A stretch of DNA of 63,581 bases, filler included, from Octopus bimaculoides (lineage: Eukaryota), in NCBI RefSeq assembly GCF_001194135.2. It is 6 parts of 6 records of this genome, joined end to end, with 100 filler letters (N's around TTAATTAATTAA, not from the genome) between each part and the next. Parts side by side here need not be neighbours in the genome. Positions count along the whole stretch, not along the records: positions 59,007 to 63,581 come from NC_069005.1; 5 more parts are not named here. One strand, written 5' to 3'. The notes below the pieces were generated by a model. The model made no database searches, was not told where the DNA came from, and saw nothing but the letters and a program-made list of their open reading frames with translations. Every line of letters starts with the position of its first letter. Position 1 is the first letter of the stretch. Of this stretch, positions 62,934 through 63,581 are shown piece after piece. A program made the position numbers and the translations under genes.

Positions 62934-63581
62934 GTGGGAGAAATACGTAACTTTAAGGAGAGACGGAGTAGGTGACTTTTCTGCTGTCCATCGCAAAGAA
63001 ACACACACACACATACATACGTGCATACATACATAATACGTCTACTATACACCATTTTAAACTAGTGATTACTTGGGTGTACGTTTGTAGATGTGTATGT
63101 GTGTGTGTGTCAGGTCCTGTAACTTTCTGTCTCTCTTCTTTTGTAGGGTCTTTTCTGTTACTGTCACAAATTGTGAGATTTTAAAATTACGTCAAAATTT
63201 CCAAATTTGTTATATTGAAATAATTTTCCACGTTAAATCCGATTTTGATATTTATTTGTTCCAGAAAAATTGCAGAAAAATGTTAGTGAGGTTTAAAGTT
63301 CAATCAATTTTACCTAATCAGAAAACAAGATTTGGAAGTCGGCATTTCCTAGATGATAACTACATGACACCTGTTAGTACACTAGGCTAACAATATTATT
63401 TAGATTAGTAAGGAACTTTGTGTGCTATTGTAACAGGGTCCAAGGTTATAGTTTATCATATTCTATATTGTAAATTAATGGTTGTGTTCCAGTCATACTG
63501 GTTTTCACACAGAGTGATATACAAGACAAGGTGTAGATAATGGTCATTACATAGTTTTCTTTATTGTAGAATATTTGAGTT

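Overview
AT-rich, microsatellite-laden, gappy animal genomic DNA. The SINE, LINE and C2H2 content suggests a coleoid cephalopod, most likely Octopus (inference). Two protein-coding genes are supportable, arranged tail-to-tail. (1) A 394-aa, 10-finger C2H2 zinc-finger CDS (191-1375, +). (2) A spliced gene the ORF track misses (minus strand, coding exons 11799-11705 and 9750-9594). It encodes an 83-aa secreted prepropeptide: signal peptide, short pro-segment, RR site, then a 51-aa peptide with C-x2-C-x11-C-x11-C. This resembles a two-disulfide version of the CHH/ITP or eclosion-hormone fold and is the top finding. Candidate non-coding first exons and promoters lie upstream on the same strand (~43.2 kb, ~51.9 kb). 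The rest is transposon debris: tRNA-derived SINEs (one family has a single head and two alternative 3' tails resembling CR1 and RTE ends in this window), CR1/RTE/Penelope remnants, hAT, mariner, Tigger-like, piggyBac-like and Merlin-like elements, Helitrons and a degenerate hammerhead ribozyme. No rRNA, true tRNA or CRISPR array was seen. All family names come from manual motif recognition, not database searches.
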